The notes: generated from the letters alone by a model not told the origin. Positions 1 through 13,694 are shown, numbered from the stretch's first letter. The stretch: DNA of 64,000 nucleotides from the human T2T-CHM13v2.0 reference genome, Homo sapiens (GCF_009914755.1 NC_060943.1); one strand, 5' to 3'. A program made the numbers and translations.

Positions 1-1269
1 GTCTCCATCACCCATGGTGAAGCCCTTGAAGTGCTCATCCCCCGGGGGTGCCTGGTTTTGCTTCCTGGCCTAGCAGACATGGCAGGATCCAGGCAATACT
101 GAAGGGCCTGGTTAGACTGTCCTGGGCAGCCTGCTCCAGCATGCCATCACTCATACCCTTCATTGTCAGTCGAACTATTGATCTTCAGCCTCCTAAACTG
201 GAGACTTCATTCCCTGAAAGGATTAACAAGGACATGTTTTAGGTGGCAGACTTCTGGGGAAAAGCTCCATCCCTGGAAGACTGGCCATGGGAGTGGTGCT
301 TGCAGAGCTAAACGAGTCGAGGCATGCTTTATGAGAGACGAGGGAGAAGCCCGGAGCCTGCATGCATGCAAACCCTTTCTGACCTGCTTATTCCCCATTA
401 AATTTGCAGCCTGTAGCAGTGCTCAGTCTGAGGTCCAGAAGGTTAAGTTGAAGTTGCTTCTGTAATTGGTGCATTAAAAAGGCACTTCTGTTTACTAACG
501 TCTTGCAATCAGTTGGTGCATGCATGGCCTTGCCACTTGTGGCACTCTTCTTCCTCTTGTGGGAGTCCCTCTAGATCTCATAGGCCCCAGCTGCAAAGTG
601 CACTCAGTCTTCATCCCAGAGCAACACGTGGCTTCCCAGTGAGCTCCCTCAGGCGGCAGCTGTGCTTTGAATCACAGATGCACCTGCTGGGCTGGAGGTC
701 ACATTGTTAGGCGCTGATCTTTACTGGCTCATATGGTGGTCTGGGGTCATTTTGGCAGACAGCACCCTAGCAGAAAAAGCAGAGTGTTCTGTCACCTAAC
801 TGTTGAGCATCACCACGGCAGTGGCATGCCAGGTACAGCCCTGAGCCCAGAGTCTCTTTAGATACATATGTGGTCATGACTGCATTAGTAGGAATTGAGG
901 GTCCTGATCACCATGGTCAGTGAGGGGGACAAGGTCCTACCTGTTTGGCCCCAGTTGACCCCTTTGAGGAGGAGATTGGCAGACTAAGGCCAGCCAATGG
1001 GGAGAAGCAAGAGGATGGGAGGTCCTGAAGCACATGAGGTGGCAGTTTCCCTGTGTGAGGGGACCACTCACACAGGGAGTTGCACACAAACATCATGGGA
1101 AATGCATTCCTGTTTCCATTTTTTTTCTAATTTTTCTGATCCAAACCAAGAAGAAAGTATCAGTTTGGTGCTGCTCTGCCTTTAACACCTCTCCAACATT
1201 TGCTCATCACAGTTTTTAACCCAGAGAGAGAAGGTCTTAGGCCCAGAACCTTTTCAGGCAATTGCTTCT

Positions 1270-1516
1270 AGCTGGTGTTTAATAACACTCTCATGTTTTC
1301 ATTGTTTTATTTGTGTGAATATTTTCTAATTATGTTGAGTACTCCTGGGCTTCCGTTTATGGTTCAGTTATAGAGCTTCCTTTTGGAATAAATTTTCTTA
1401 AAAAATAAAAAAGAATTAGTTATTTTTTTAAGTAAGGAAATAATAGTACAGGTGACATGCGAATATGGCAAGCGTCATAGAAGCATTCTAAAGACAAGCA
1501 TGTTTTGGAAACATTG
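1270..1516 (-). mobile_element. hAT-Charlie DNA transposon relic (Charlie4-like)
   Basis: AAATAATAGTACAGGTGACATGCGAATATGGCAAG...TTTTGGAAACATTG resembles the reverse complement of a recalled Charlie4-type terminus (CAGTGTTTCCCAAAC...); left boundary approximate. Confidence 0.5.
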
Positions 1517-2079
1517 GGATGTGAGGTGTGGCCAAAAGAATAGAGCTATTCAGACTTGGTGAAAGGGAGCTGGGGTGTTTCTGAATGTGCTGGAGAATCC
1601 CCAAGAGACCTGAGAAGAGGGATTTAGAGAAAGTTAGAGGACATTAGATTTTGGTTCTCAATAGGAAGGAACCTCCTATTAATTATCACCTTCCAACCCT
1701 AGGGCCATGCTTGGGAGGGCTCTTTGCATCGGTTACCACCATCTGTATTTGCATCTGCTCTTTGTGTTGGTTGCAACCATCTGCATGGTTTCCATGGAAG
1801 AAAGGCTCTGCATTGCCCGAGGTCCCTCTGATTCCAGGATTCTGTGCCCTAGACCCTCTGTTGGCTCTTACAGGCCATGAAAGGCAGCGATGTTGACTCT
1901 TCCTGCTGGAGATAGCAACAATAGAGCCACACTTTGGTTTAAGAGGTTGCTTGAACAATGAGAAGAGGGTTTTCTTTTCTTTTGATTATTTTCTTTTGAA
2001 GTTGAGGAGTCCACCCACAACCATGTTTTTCTTGAACTGTTGTTGCTGTTGAAACCGATTACCTCCTTCTACTGGCAGC

Positions 2080-2518
2080 CCTCAGGTTATGGATGTTTGA
2101 GAATGGAGTGCAAACTGTTTATTTGGGGGTGATCTCAGGAAGCACAGGTAGGGGATAAAGAAATGAAGCAAGGACAAAAAGCAAAGCAAAAAGAAGGGTG
2201 TGTTACCAAGCTGGTCACCATAGTGAGCAGCACTGGGGGACAAGGTAGAGCTGGGCTTAGAGTCCACCCAGTGGAGCAGCAAGGAAGCTGGGGTGTTCAT
2301 TCTTCAACTCTGTATCCATCATTGATGGAGGGTTGCTTGTAGTGGAATTAACCCTCTGGCACTTCCAGCCTGCCCTGTGTGCAGCCTGAGTGTATTTTCA
2401 TCACTAGAAAAATGTCTGCAGACAGAAATTCCCAGGGGTTCCCTCTATGCAGACTTTGGTGTCTAGGGGTGCCATGTGGAGGGGGATATGAGCATGACAC
2501 TTCTAGCATCTATCCCCA
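2080..2518 (-). mobile_element. LTR33-like ERVL solo LTR
   Basis: TTTATTTGGGGGTGATCTCAGGAAGCAC, GGAAGCTGGGGTGTTCAT, TGGCACTTCCAGCCTGCCCTG and GGGGATATGAGCATGACAC..AGCATCT occur in the order of the recalled antisense LTR33 consensus. Confidence 0.65.
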
Positions 2519-3219
2519 GAGGATCATCTTTAAAGATAGTAAAATGTTGATTATATTTAGAACCAGCCCACTGGGCTCCATCCAGATGATCCTCTTTTGT
2601 TCTGGTGACTCACAAAGTGTGATGGCTGGAGAGAGCTGGGCCTGTGCCTCCTTCTCTCCAGCAGGCCTGGGCGGTGTTGATGTTGGCCATGTCAACCCAT
2701 GGAGGTTCTTCATGGGCTCTGATCTGGTGAGTGTGAGCCTTGACCCCCTCAGTGGAGGGATACTTGGTGGGCGTCCTTCTGGCATCCATCAATGTTGGAC
2801 ATGGAATTGAAGAATAAACACCCAAGTGCTGTTGTCCTCACATTCTGGCTGACTTGTGGTGAGGGGTAGCTTGGCAGCTGCCTTATGGTCAAGCTTGTTC
2901 CTCCTGGGGCCTCTCTTCCTAGGGCACTTGGGCCCTGGTGTCTTGGGCAAAGGAGAGTGGGTGACATGCACATTTTCTGTGGCTTCCAATGCCTTTCAGC
3001 AAGGCTTTCTTGGCCTTCAAAGCCTTTGTCTTTCCTTTGTTTGGGGAAAGCAAGAGCTTCTTTCTTTGTGTTTCACCCTGTCTCTGTAAAAAGGTCCTAT
3101 GGATTTTAACCTCTTTTTTCTCTGTGTGTGCTATGAGCTTGCATCACAGCCTGCAGCCCACTTGCAGAGCTGGAAGTAAGCACCCATTGTTTCAGTTCCA
3201 GGAGGAGTGGAGATGTGGG

Positions 3220-3355
3220 GCAGAAGACTGGAGTCCAGGTCTCACTGTACTGTGACCTCACAGAGCCCCTTTCAGTCTCTGGGGCCAGTTCCTCCAGCTG
3301 CAGAGTGAGAGGCTTGGACTTGATTGCTTCAGAGGATGCTTCCAGTTCTGGTGTT
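3220..3355 (+). mobile_element. MIR-family SINE fragment
   Basis: GAAGACTGGAGTCC...TGTGACCTC...TCTCTGGGGCCAGTTCCTCCAGCTG, a degenerate MIR core. Confidence 0.5.
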
Positions 3356-3832
3356 TGTTTTCTGTGGTTCCCATTTATAAAACAAAGCCTCTTAGATGTC
3401 CAGCTGTTGAAGGGAAGGCCAGTCCTTGGGAAGGATGGTTGCTAACCTTCCCAGGTGGCAAGAAACTGGCAAGGGGCAAAGGGCACCTGCAGAAAGGAGA
3501 AGACCAAGGACTTCTGGTGTGGCCTGAATCACACTGGCCTGTGCATGGCCCAGATGTGTATGGTTGGGAGAGCCCAGCACAGCTGGCCTGCTTCCCAGAC
3601 TGTTGGATCAATGTCAACAGACAACTGATAATTCAAAGGGATGATGAAGACAAATGCCACCCACTCATTTGGTGGAAGAGAATTCAGACCAGAAGTAGAT
3701 ACTAGCAGAGGAAAAGTGGCCATTTTTCTTATATAGCAATGGTTATGTTTGAGATGTCAGGGCAGGGATCCGAGGGTGTCCTTACTGTTCACACTTGTGC
3801 AGGACTGCCACTGCCTTCTCTCCCAGGCTGTT

Positions 3833-4188
3833 TGTATTAGTCTGTTCTCATGCTGCTAATAAAGACATACCCAAGACTGGGTAATTTATAAAGGCAAGAG
3901 GTTTAATGGACTCACAGTTCTACATGGCTGGGGAGGCCTCACAATCATGGCAGAAGGCAAAGGAGAAGCAAAGGCATGTCTTCCATGGCGGCAGGTGAGA
4001 GAGCTTGTGCAGGGGAACTCCTGTTCATAAAATCATCAGATCTTGTGAGATTTATTCACTACCATGAGAACAGTATGGGGGAAATTGCCCCCACGATTCA
4101 ATTATCTCCACCTGGCCCTGCTCTTGACATGAGGGGATTATTACAATTCAAGGTGAGATTTGGGTGGGGACACAGCCAAATCCTATCA
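3833..4188 (-). mobile_element. THE1C-like MaLR solo LTR
   Basis: Begins TGTATTAGTCTGTTCTCATGCTGCTAATAAAGAC and ends GATTTGGGTGGGGACACAGCCAAATCCTATCA; perfect 5-bp TSD CTGTT (3828-3832 and 4189-4193). Confidence 0.92.
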
Positions 4189-7100
4189 CTGTTCCTTGGC
4201 CACCCCATTCCACTGTTTCACAGTGTCCTTTCTCTCTGAGTCACAGCCAGCTTTGATGGGTTGCTGGAGCAGTTTGAGGAAAGAAAATAGTTTGTGTTGG
4301 ACTTTCAATTGCCAACTATAATTTTATTGAAGGACAAGAGAAACACATCCCTTGGAGAGGGGCACCACCCTTCAGAATTCCTTTTCAACTCTACGAAGGT
4401 GGCCTTGGAAAACTTTCTCAGTGCAGTTTGGAAAGCTTAGTACTCACATACTGACTAGGTATGGATATGTTTCTCCTGCACTTTGGAAATCTTTTGAATA
4501 TTTATAAATTTAAGTATTTATTTTCATATTAAAATTAAAGGTCTATTGTCTTGCAACTAACCTGCCTTGTTCTGCCACTCCAAAACAAAACCTTCTCTAG
4601 TGTGATAACCTTTATTTATAGATGGCAACAAGCATATTTAGCAATATTATTATTCATGACCCTTGCACTAAATATCATAATCAGAATACAGATGTGCAGA
4701 GTAATTTCCATGCACAAGTCACTATGCATCAAATTCTTGCAAAGCAAAAATAGCATCCATTTTGGGATAAATTATCCATTGGTGTTGTATAAAGGTATCG
4801 AGGCAGCACAAAGGGTTTCAAGTAGTAGGATATGGAGAGACTGTTTAAATTAAGGGGTACCCAACACCCCAGGAATGCAGTGGGATTTTTTTTCCATTTT
4901 TCCCCTTCCGGCAACTTATTTGATCACCTTCTTTTGTTAGACCCATTTTTAGGATGTGGAAAGAAAATGGGTCAGGCATGTGGGTGTCTGGATACAAAGT
5001 GTGGCTGGATGAACCAAGGCCTCCTTTGCTCTAAACCCCATCTCTGAATATTTTCTTTATTTTTGTCAAGCTAAAGATGCAGATTATCAGATAAGCAGCA
5101 CACCCGGGCTCAGCTCACTAATTGACTGAACAAGACGTGGTCACAGTTTATACACCATTCCATAATGGATTTTCATGTTTGTGAATCCTAACTGGCTGTG
5201 GAAATGAAAAGCAAATGTCTCATAATCACAAATATCTTCTGGGTTTTTTTTTTTTTCTAAGCCCAAAGATTAAATCAACTTTACCCCCCATTTGCCAGCA
5301 AGTTCACGGTTATAGAAGGAAGATAAATGATCGGGTGATGGACATATCCGCTGTGCTACTGTTTAGCAAATTCTTGTAAGTGATTGCTAGATATAGCGCA
5401 TTTCTCACTTAGGTGTTACATGAATAATTGGTATATTAAAGAAAGTGTGAAATAAACAGGTATAACGCTTGAAATGTGTTTATTATTTTCTGAGGTTTTT
5501 CACATTCATACCATTTAGAAGCCATCATCAAGTCCAGCATCTTCTCCCATATACCTGGAGCCGAACCCTTCATTAGACCTGTTGTAAAAAGATCCTTTCG
5601 TGCAAACGCTGTCAGGTATTTATAATGAAAGTGTGGCAGATCAGAGAGGAGAGGCTGTGTGAAAACCATCAAACTGGTCAGAAATACCCACAACTGGAGG
5701 CCTACCTCGCTCCGGCCTCTTTCTCGCTGCTCTCTTCCATCTCGCAGCTCCTCCTGGTTTTCTGCTTGTCAGTATCAGATGCAATTTCAGGCCAACCCCA
5801 GCTTCCTTGCGCTGTGACCAAAACCCTTTGTGGGCAGTGGGTCTCTGAGCAGTGAGGGAGGAACCTCATGAGGCTGACTTCAGGGTCTTCACTAAGAGGC
5901 CATCCACTGTGCTGGGGATAAATTGCCCGATTTTTCAGAGAGGAAGAGATTTGGGGCAGGTTCTCCAAACCTTCTGGCTAGCTCTTGTGAATTCAGCAGC
6001 AGACAGGCCACACCCAGCCAGCAGCCCTCAGGCCTGGCTCTTATGAATGACTTCTACTTTCTGAAATGGAGCATTTCCTAAAAAGGTAGGCAGGCCCAGC
6101 ACACCCGGCTGTGACTCTTTGGCAAAGCAAAACTCTTCTAGTCTTTGGCGAGGCAGCCTTGGCTCTGACCCCACCTGGCAAGAGTCCGCGGGCAACAGAG
6201 TTTTGCTGTCTTTGTTTCTCCCTCTCCTCCCTGCCCCTCACCCACCCCCTTGGAAATTTAGGACTCTAAGAACAGAGAAAAGCTATCAGGACAAGGGCTG
6301 GTCATTCACCCAACTGACAGAGACCTCCAAGGTATCAAGGCTATCTCCTTGGCCTTGAGAGCTGGGGTCTGCCAGCCTGGCTGGTCTTCAGGCACTTTGG
6401 AGAGGATGAGATGGCTAGATTGCTAGATGGAGTGGACTTTTCAAAGTAGAGCCTTGTAGACACTGAGAAGAAGAGGAAAAAAGAGTCTAGACTTAAAGAT
6501 CTCATTGATTGTCCTTGGAGACAAGCCAGCCTCAGAGTCTGTCCCATGTCCCCTTTTCTTAGTCTCATCCTCTCTATGCCACGTGGAATGTCTTCCATGG
6601 GGCTACCAAGAGCTGCACTGCATATATAATATCAAACACCAAAGTTCAATGAGTGATCCAGGGACCTTTCTCTGCATTCCCCAGAAGCACAATCAATAGG
6701 CGTTCAATCCTGGAGTGCGCAGAGTCACTTGCCCTGGACCTCATCTTACGTATAGCTGTCACCATGCCCAGGAACAGGAAATGCCTATTTGACCCAGCAT
6801 CTGTCCATACACGGCCAGCAGCCAGGTTCTCCTTGTGCACCTCTGTGTACTTTCTGAGGGCATGTGCAGAAAGGCAGGGGCCAGGCCACAGGGCCTGTCC
6901 CAGGCTGGTTTCCAGGGCTGCTTTCTAGGCTGGGGACCCTGGGAGTCAGGCCACAGGTCCTCCCCTCTTCTTTCCCTCCTCAGTCTCCCCCTGCTCCCCG
7001 TGTGAAAGTGGTGACCTGCCTGCCGCCTTTCTCCCTACCTCCCTCCAGCACTAGCTGCTGCCTTTTTTGCATAACTGGTAACAAATTGCTTGACTCACCA

Positions 7101-7836
7101 CATGACATTGACTATGATGGATTAAATAGCTGCCTTGACCAGATCATTAGGCGCTCGTCTGCAGGACACCCCCGTGGAGCCTGCTGGAGAGAGGCAGGGG
7201 GCACACCAGGGCACCCCCTGGGTGAGGGGTCCTGCTCCCCTCCCTGGCTGCAGCTAGCCGGCCTGTGCTGCCTCCTCCCTCCCCACTCTTCTCCTGTTTC
7301 CCCTGCGAGAAGCCGCTGCTTGGATCCTGCATTCCATTTAGTGACAGCCGAGGCCAACGTCTGAGCCACGCTGGCACAGAGGAGCAGTGCAGGAGGACCG
7401 GGTGTGGATGTAAGGTGTGGGATTCGAGGCACCCCCTCTCCTGGAAACCTCTGTCCCCCAGCTGCCCCGAAGGCCAACCCAGGGGAGCCATGCCTGTGTG
7501 CTCAGTGCTGCCCTGGCAGCACTGAGTTCTTCCAGGAGGAGGCTCTTCTGCATCCTGCTTGGGCAGGAGGGACCCAAGGTGCAGGTGGCTGCAGTGGGCA
7601 CCGCACAGAGGTAGGTCTCAAAGTGTGGCCAAGGAAGCCAGAGCCAGGAGAGGCACAATGAAGTTGGGCCAGCCAGGCCAGAGTAGTTCAGCTAGTCTGA
7701 ATTCCAGGCCTGGCCCTCTGCTTTCACTGTGATTGGAGACCTTCGTTTCCCCATGTGGAGCTCAGGGGTTGGCCATTGCCTTATTACCCTCCCTCCATCA
7801 CTTGGGAGCTGGCAACAGTGGTGAAAATCACGGTTC

Positions 7837-8281
<445 letters not shown>

Positions 8282-10084
8282 TGACTTGCATAGTTCTAGT
8301 TGGGTGGGCCCAGGGCCTTTCCCTGACTTCCTGGAGTGTGGAGACCTGTCTGCCTCAAGAGTTGAAGTCTCTGAAACAAGCCTTTCTAGTGTCAGGACAT
8401 AAGAGGCAGGGAAAGGGGAAAGCAAGCATGAGAGTCCCAGGGGAGGAAGAGGGACAACTCCTGGGAAAGGAGAGGGGGTGCAGTGGGGAGCAGGGTGAAG
8501 ACAGGGCAGCCCCACTTCTATAGGACCCAGAGAAGCCCCCATGGACCCCTCACTTTAAGGCTCCAAGAGCATCCAAAAGGGTTTGTTCTTTGCTTTCTGT
8601 GACCATGGGCTAATTCCCACCAGGGCCAAAGCAAAGATCGTCTGCGGGACATACTGTTCTTTCTTCTTATAGACCTAATGTGGCAGAGCTATTTTGGGCA
8701 ACAATTAAATAAAAGCCAATTTGACTAAAAAGCAAAATATATTCCACTGAATGACAGCAAAAGGGCAGAGCTTGGAAAGGGAAAGGAGAAAAAAAAATAC
8801 AGAGAGAGAGGGAGAGGGGAAAAAAAAAGAAAATGCAAGGCATTCATTTTTCCTTTGTATTTTTTAATAAAAGAACGTCTCTGGCTGCTTAAAGTGACAC
8901 ATTAAAAGATGTATGTATCGTGGCTTTTAAAAACACAATTAGATAACACCTTGTCAAATACTTATATTCTTTGTTGACAGCCTTGAGCACAGTGACAATC
9001 GCGGCACAGCCATTGGGGCAGGTGTCTCCCCTGACACGCCAGCAGCGGAGTCAGCCATTTTACAGAAATGTTACTGTTTACCACTTTAATCATCAATCCA
9101 CATCTAGTCACAACAATAAGTCAGAAGGAGCAGTAAATTATACTTGTTCAGCCCTGATGAGTTTGAACTGTTTTGCTGAAATTAACTGAAGTAATTATCT
9201 ATTTTTCTAAAGCTGCAAAGAGGGAAAAAAAAAAGTAGTAATGTTCCATGGGGATAAAGAATCTTTGCAAAGTAGTCGGCCGTGCAATATTTAAGGAAAC
9301 TTTTTTTGCGAGTGTGTGTGTGTGTGGGAGGGGGGTTCTGATGACCACATAGGTTAGATGAGGCTGTGAGATGAGGCAGATTTCATCTGCTGCAATCTCT
9401 TTTTTTAGCTAAAAAAAAAAAAAGTCCTTCCTGCGAAAGGAGGCTCTCTTATTACTGGACTAGCTTCTCTCTCCACCTGATCTGACCTTTTCGGGGAGCC
9501 CATCGCTTTCTGGGGCTGTTTTCTTTTGCAATGCTAATAGCGAATTCCCAGGTTCTGAGGCTTTCTGGCTTCCTGTGATGTTAAGTAAAAGAGGAGGGAA
9601 CCTTTCAATTGTTACTTAATCCCTTAAATGTGCTAGGCTGACCAGTCTAGGCATTTAGTCTTGAAAGATCTCTGTCCCTGGGAAAGATCCCTGCACCAGT
9701 GCGCAAGCATGCATGCCCAGTTCTCAGGTTCCCCCAACTTCTGTGGGATGGTCCCCCTAGGACCCTGACTGAGTCGCTGCTATTTAGGTCTAGTCTAAAT
9801 ATATATATATAGGTCTACTCTCCTCAAGTTTACAACAGGACACACAGGGCATTTGTCTACTTGTGCAATAGAATGCCACGTGCTTGGCAAACAGACAGAT
9901 GGCCTGACCCGGGCCATCATGGGCATCCCCCTCTAGAAAACACGGCCAATAGCACCCACCTGGCAGGGTTAGCCCGAGAAGTGAATGGGCTTCTATGGGC
10001 TGATGGGAGTGCAGGACATCACAGAAGTCAGCCTATAGGTGATGCTCTGTAAATCTCAGTCTACTGTGCCTTTGGCTACACACG

Positions 10085-10278
10085 AAGGCATAGTAGGGTT
10101 ATAATTAAGAGCACAATCTGAAACCTGGCTCTTCTGCTTTGTAGCTGTGTGATCTCCAGCAATTTGCTTGCTGTCTCGGTTTCTAAATTAGGGATAATAG
10201 TTACTCATGAGTGCAAAGCAACCTCTATGTAAAATACACAGTAAGCGCTCAGTAATATAGCTACTGTCAGTATTATTG
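10085..10278 (+). mobile_element. MIR SINE
   Basis: TTAAGAGCAC...TAGCTGTGTGATCT...TCTCGGTTTC...GGGATAATAG...TAAGCGCTCAGTAA followed by a TATTATTG tail. Confidence 0.6.
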
Positions 10279-10600
10279 TATGTATATGGTTGCTATTGTG
10301 GTATGCATAGTTTTGTTGTTGTTTTATGCATATTGTATGCATATTTTTGTTGTTGTATGCATATAGTTGTTACTATTGTTGCATGCATTTGTTATTATTG
10401 TCGTATGCATGTTGTTATTGATATGTGTATTGTTGTTGTGTATACATTATTTTGACATTGTTGTTGTATGCATATAGTTATTGTTGTATGCATATAGTTA
10501 TTGTTGTATGCATGTTATTGTTGCATGCATGTTGTTATTATTGCTATGTGTGTTGTTGTTGTATATACATTGTTGTTGATGGTGTTGTTGTATGCACATG
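10271..10600. repeat. Degenerate minisatellite, 20-bp unit TTGTTGTATGCATATAGTTA
   Basis: Perfect tandem copies at 10461-10480 and 10481-10500, a partial third copy, and many degenerate copies on both sides. Confidence 0.85.
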
Positions 10601-11386
10601 TACACAGTACTTAGAGCAACAGACACAGAGTAGGCATGCATCGTGAATCCAGCTGCTGAAATATCCCGCCAGCTTCTTGACTTGAAGAATAAAGGAGGGC
10701 CCTGAGCCGTGTCCTCCTGGTCTTGCTTCTGGTTGTCCTATCTTCCAGCAACTCAGCAATAGAGCAGGAGAAACTTCAAAGCACCTTCCAGCTCTATCAT
10801 CTGTGAGAGTAGCCTCCCCAGGCAACCCAACTTAGCTACAGAAGCTGCAGTTTTGCTGTAACATGCCCTTGTCTTCCCTAACTTACCTTTACAGAAGGAA
10901 GGCTTGGTACCAAGTCTGCATCTAGGGAGAGTCTCTGCAGAGACCTGGGTGCCCACGAAATCCCCTCCACTCTGAGCCACATAAATAATTTTGAAAGCGC
11001 CTCTATAAAGCCACACCAAATATATATCATTGTCTAGATTATTCAAAAACCTAGGGACTCCACTTTCTTCTTAATTTTCTGTGTAATTAAGACAAAATTA
11101 AAGCAAAACAAATGGCGAGGTGTGGGGGAGGGAGAATGAAGCATAATTATCCACTCCATCTATCTAGACAACTCCTATCCACAGAAAAATTGTTCACTCT
11201 ACCATGTTTTGATCTGGATAAACATGGTGATTTTACCCCATGGAACATTATTTTCTATGATTCATTGTGAAAAACCAACAGGCTCTAATCTGAAGTTCTA
11301 ACTAAAAAAATACTATAGTTTATATTTAAATTTGGGGATAGCAGTGGTTTGTTTCCTTAGTTTACTAGTCAATTTCTTGGGAAAAA

Positions 11387-12106
11387 TTTCTTCTCTCTTT
11401 TCTTTTCTTCCTTCCCTTCTTCCTCACTATTTTTTCCTCCTTCCCTTGTGTGCCTGCCTCTCTCACTCCTTCTTCCCTTTCTCCCTCCCTTCCTCCCTTT
11501 CTTCCTTCCTTCCTCCTTTCCTCCTTCCCTCCCTCCCTCCCTCCCTTCCTTCCTCCCTTCCTCCTTCCCTCTTCCTTCCTCCCTCCCTCCCTCCCTTCCT
11601 TCCCTCTTTCCCCATCTCTCCTCCCTCCCTCCCTGTTTCCTCTTTCCCTCCTCTCTCTCTCCTTTCCTCCCTCCCTCCCTCTCTCCCTTCCTCTTCTCTC
11701 TCTCCTCCCTCCCTCACCCTTCCCTCTTTCCCTCCTCTCTGTCTCCTTTCCTCTCTCCCTTCCTCCCTCCCTTCTTCCTCCCTCCCCCTCCCTCCACCCC
11801 TCCCCCATCTCCTTTCCTCCCTTTCCCCCATCCTTGCCTCTCTCCTTTCCTACCTCCCTTCATTTCTTTTTCCTTCCTCCTTTCCTTCTTTCCTTCCTCC
11901 CTCCCTGATCCCTCCTTCCCTCCCTTCCTCCTCCCATCTTTTGTCCCTCCTTTCCTCCCTTCCTTCTTCCTCTTTTCCTCCCCCGTCCCTCCCTTCCCCC
12001 TCCCTCCTTCCTTCCCTCCCTCCCTCCCTCCTTCCTTCCTTCCTTCTTTCCTTCCTTCCCTCCTTCCTTCCTTCCCTCCTTCCTTTCTACCTTCCTTCCC
12101 TCCCCC
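11387..12106. repeat. ~720-bp polypyrimidine/polypurine tract (CCTT/CCCT/CT mix)
   Basis: Almost exclusively C/T on the plus strand; source of the P/S/L/F-rich and G/R/E/K-rich pseudo-ORFs. Confidence 0.97.
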
Positions 12107-12615
12107 AGCCCTTGTCTATTCATTCGCATATCCACTCAGCAAACCTTCTCCATTGAGCCTGGCCTGTGTGACCTTGAAATGGGCTGACCCAGCTCAGACT
12201 TGTGTCACTGGCCTCCCTTTACAAGACAAGGCAGAGACTGCAGATACTTTTCTAACCGTATAAAAAGTGAGAGTTACAAGTGCAGCAATGAATGCGGAAA
12301 ACAATGGCAGACAGTCGAGGACCTGATGAGGTTCTGTACATTTCACAAAGCACATTTGTCTAGGTTTTCCCTGGCAACCTTGAGGCATCTTGCCCTATTC
12401 ATGGACCATCTTGTGGCCTCACAGGATTTTCATCTTTTGATTTTCTGAAAAGCTGTAGAGTCCCCTCCAAAATTAAGTGACAAATCTCCAATCTGAGTTT
12501 GATTCTTGGCTGTAGATTGGGTGTGTCGTGTTTATGATACAACAATTTCCACGGAGTGTCACTGGGGGAAAAAGTGGTGATTCTGGGTCTATATTCTACT
12601 CTCAAATGCTCCTAG

Positions 12616-12969
<354 letters not shown>

Positions 12970-13694
12970 GGCTGTTTATTAATCTTAATTTTTAAAAGCT
13001 ACAACCAAAACATGATCTTAGGTGCTACTCAAGGCCAGAGCTAAGGAGACAGGGCCCCCACAGGCTGACCGTTTCATGAATGTATCTATATGGTTCCAGG
13101 GTTCCAGGCACTTCCTCACATCCACGTCCTAGTGTGTCCTCCCTCATGTATTGAACACACACCTGCCATGCATTTGAGGGAGGAAGAGCATGGGGCATAT
13201 TGTAGGTCAGCAAACTGGCGCCCCGGAGGAGGACATAGCCTGGCCAGCACCCCTGGTGAGCTGAGGCAGTGGGTCCCTTCCAACAGTGGTGCAAACGTTC
13301 AGGCGTGTGTGCCCCATTCTGTGATGTGTATGCAAGTAGCTGGTAACAGACTGGAGCATAGCATCAGCCCTTTGCAGAGACCTCCTCAGAAAGCTCAGGC
13401 ATCAGGGGCTTTGGCTTTAAGCATTTCTGCCAAGCATCGAGTGTGGGCCTCTTGAGAAGAGTTCTTTTGTTCCGTTGATTCCTGGAAAAGTGAACGCTTG
13501 TTTTATTCGTTGTTTTTGTTGTTAATTGAGCAACTACTTTCTGATTTTTACTGATGGAGTTGGTTAGAGAAAGACTTTGGGTAAAAGGTCTAAACTCTCA
13601 CTTCCAGGCCAGATTGAGGTTAGTGCTAAGCCAGAAGTGGGCTCCTCCCCATATTCCCTGTGTTCCCACAGTGAGGACGCTGAAATCTAAATTG

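Noticed and set aside
8981-9021. Possible 41-nt exon after TTCTTTGTTGACAG
   Set aside because: Donor CAG/GTGTCT is weak, the length is not a multiple of three, no reading frame is recognisable, and the AG is equally explained as part of a TGACAG motif.
12030-12076. GGAA microsatellite of the EWS-FLI1-responsive type on the minus strand
   Set aside because: Only runs of about three consecutive units; too interrupted.
11332-12263. Long ORFs of 271-274 aa and the antisense G/R/E/K-rich ORFs
   Set aside because: C/T-only low-complexity DNA cannot contain stop codons; artefact.
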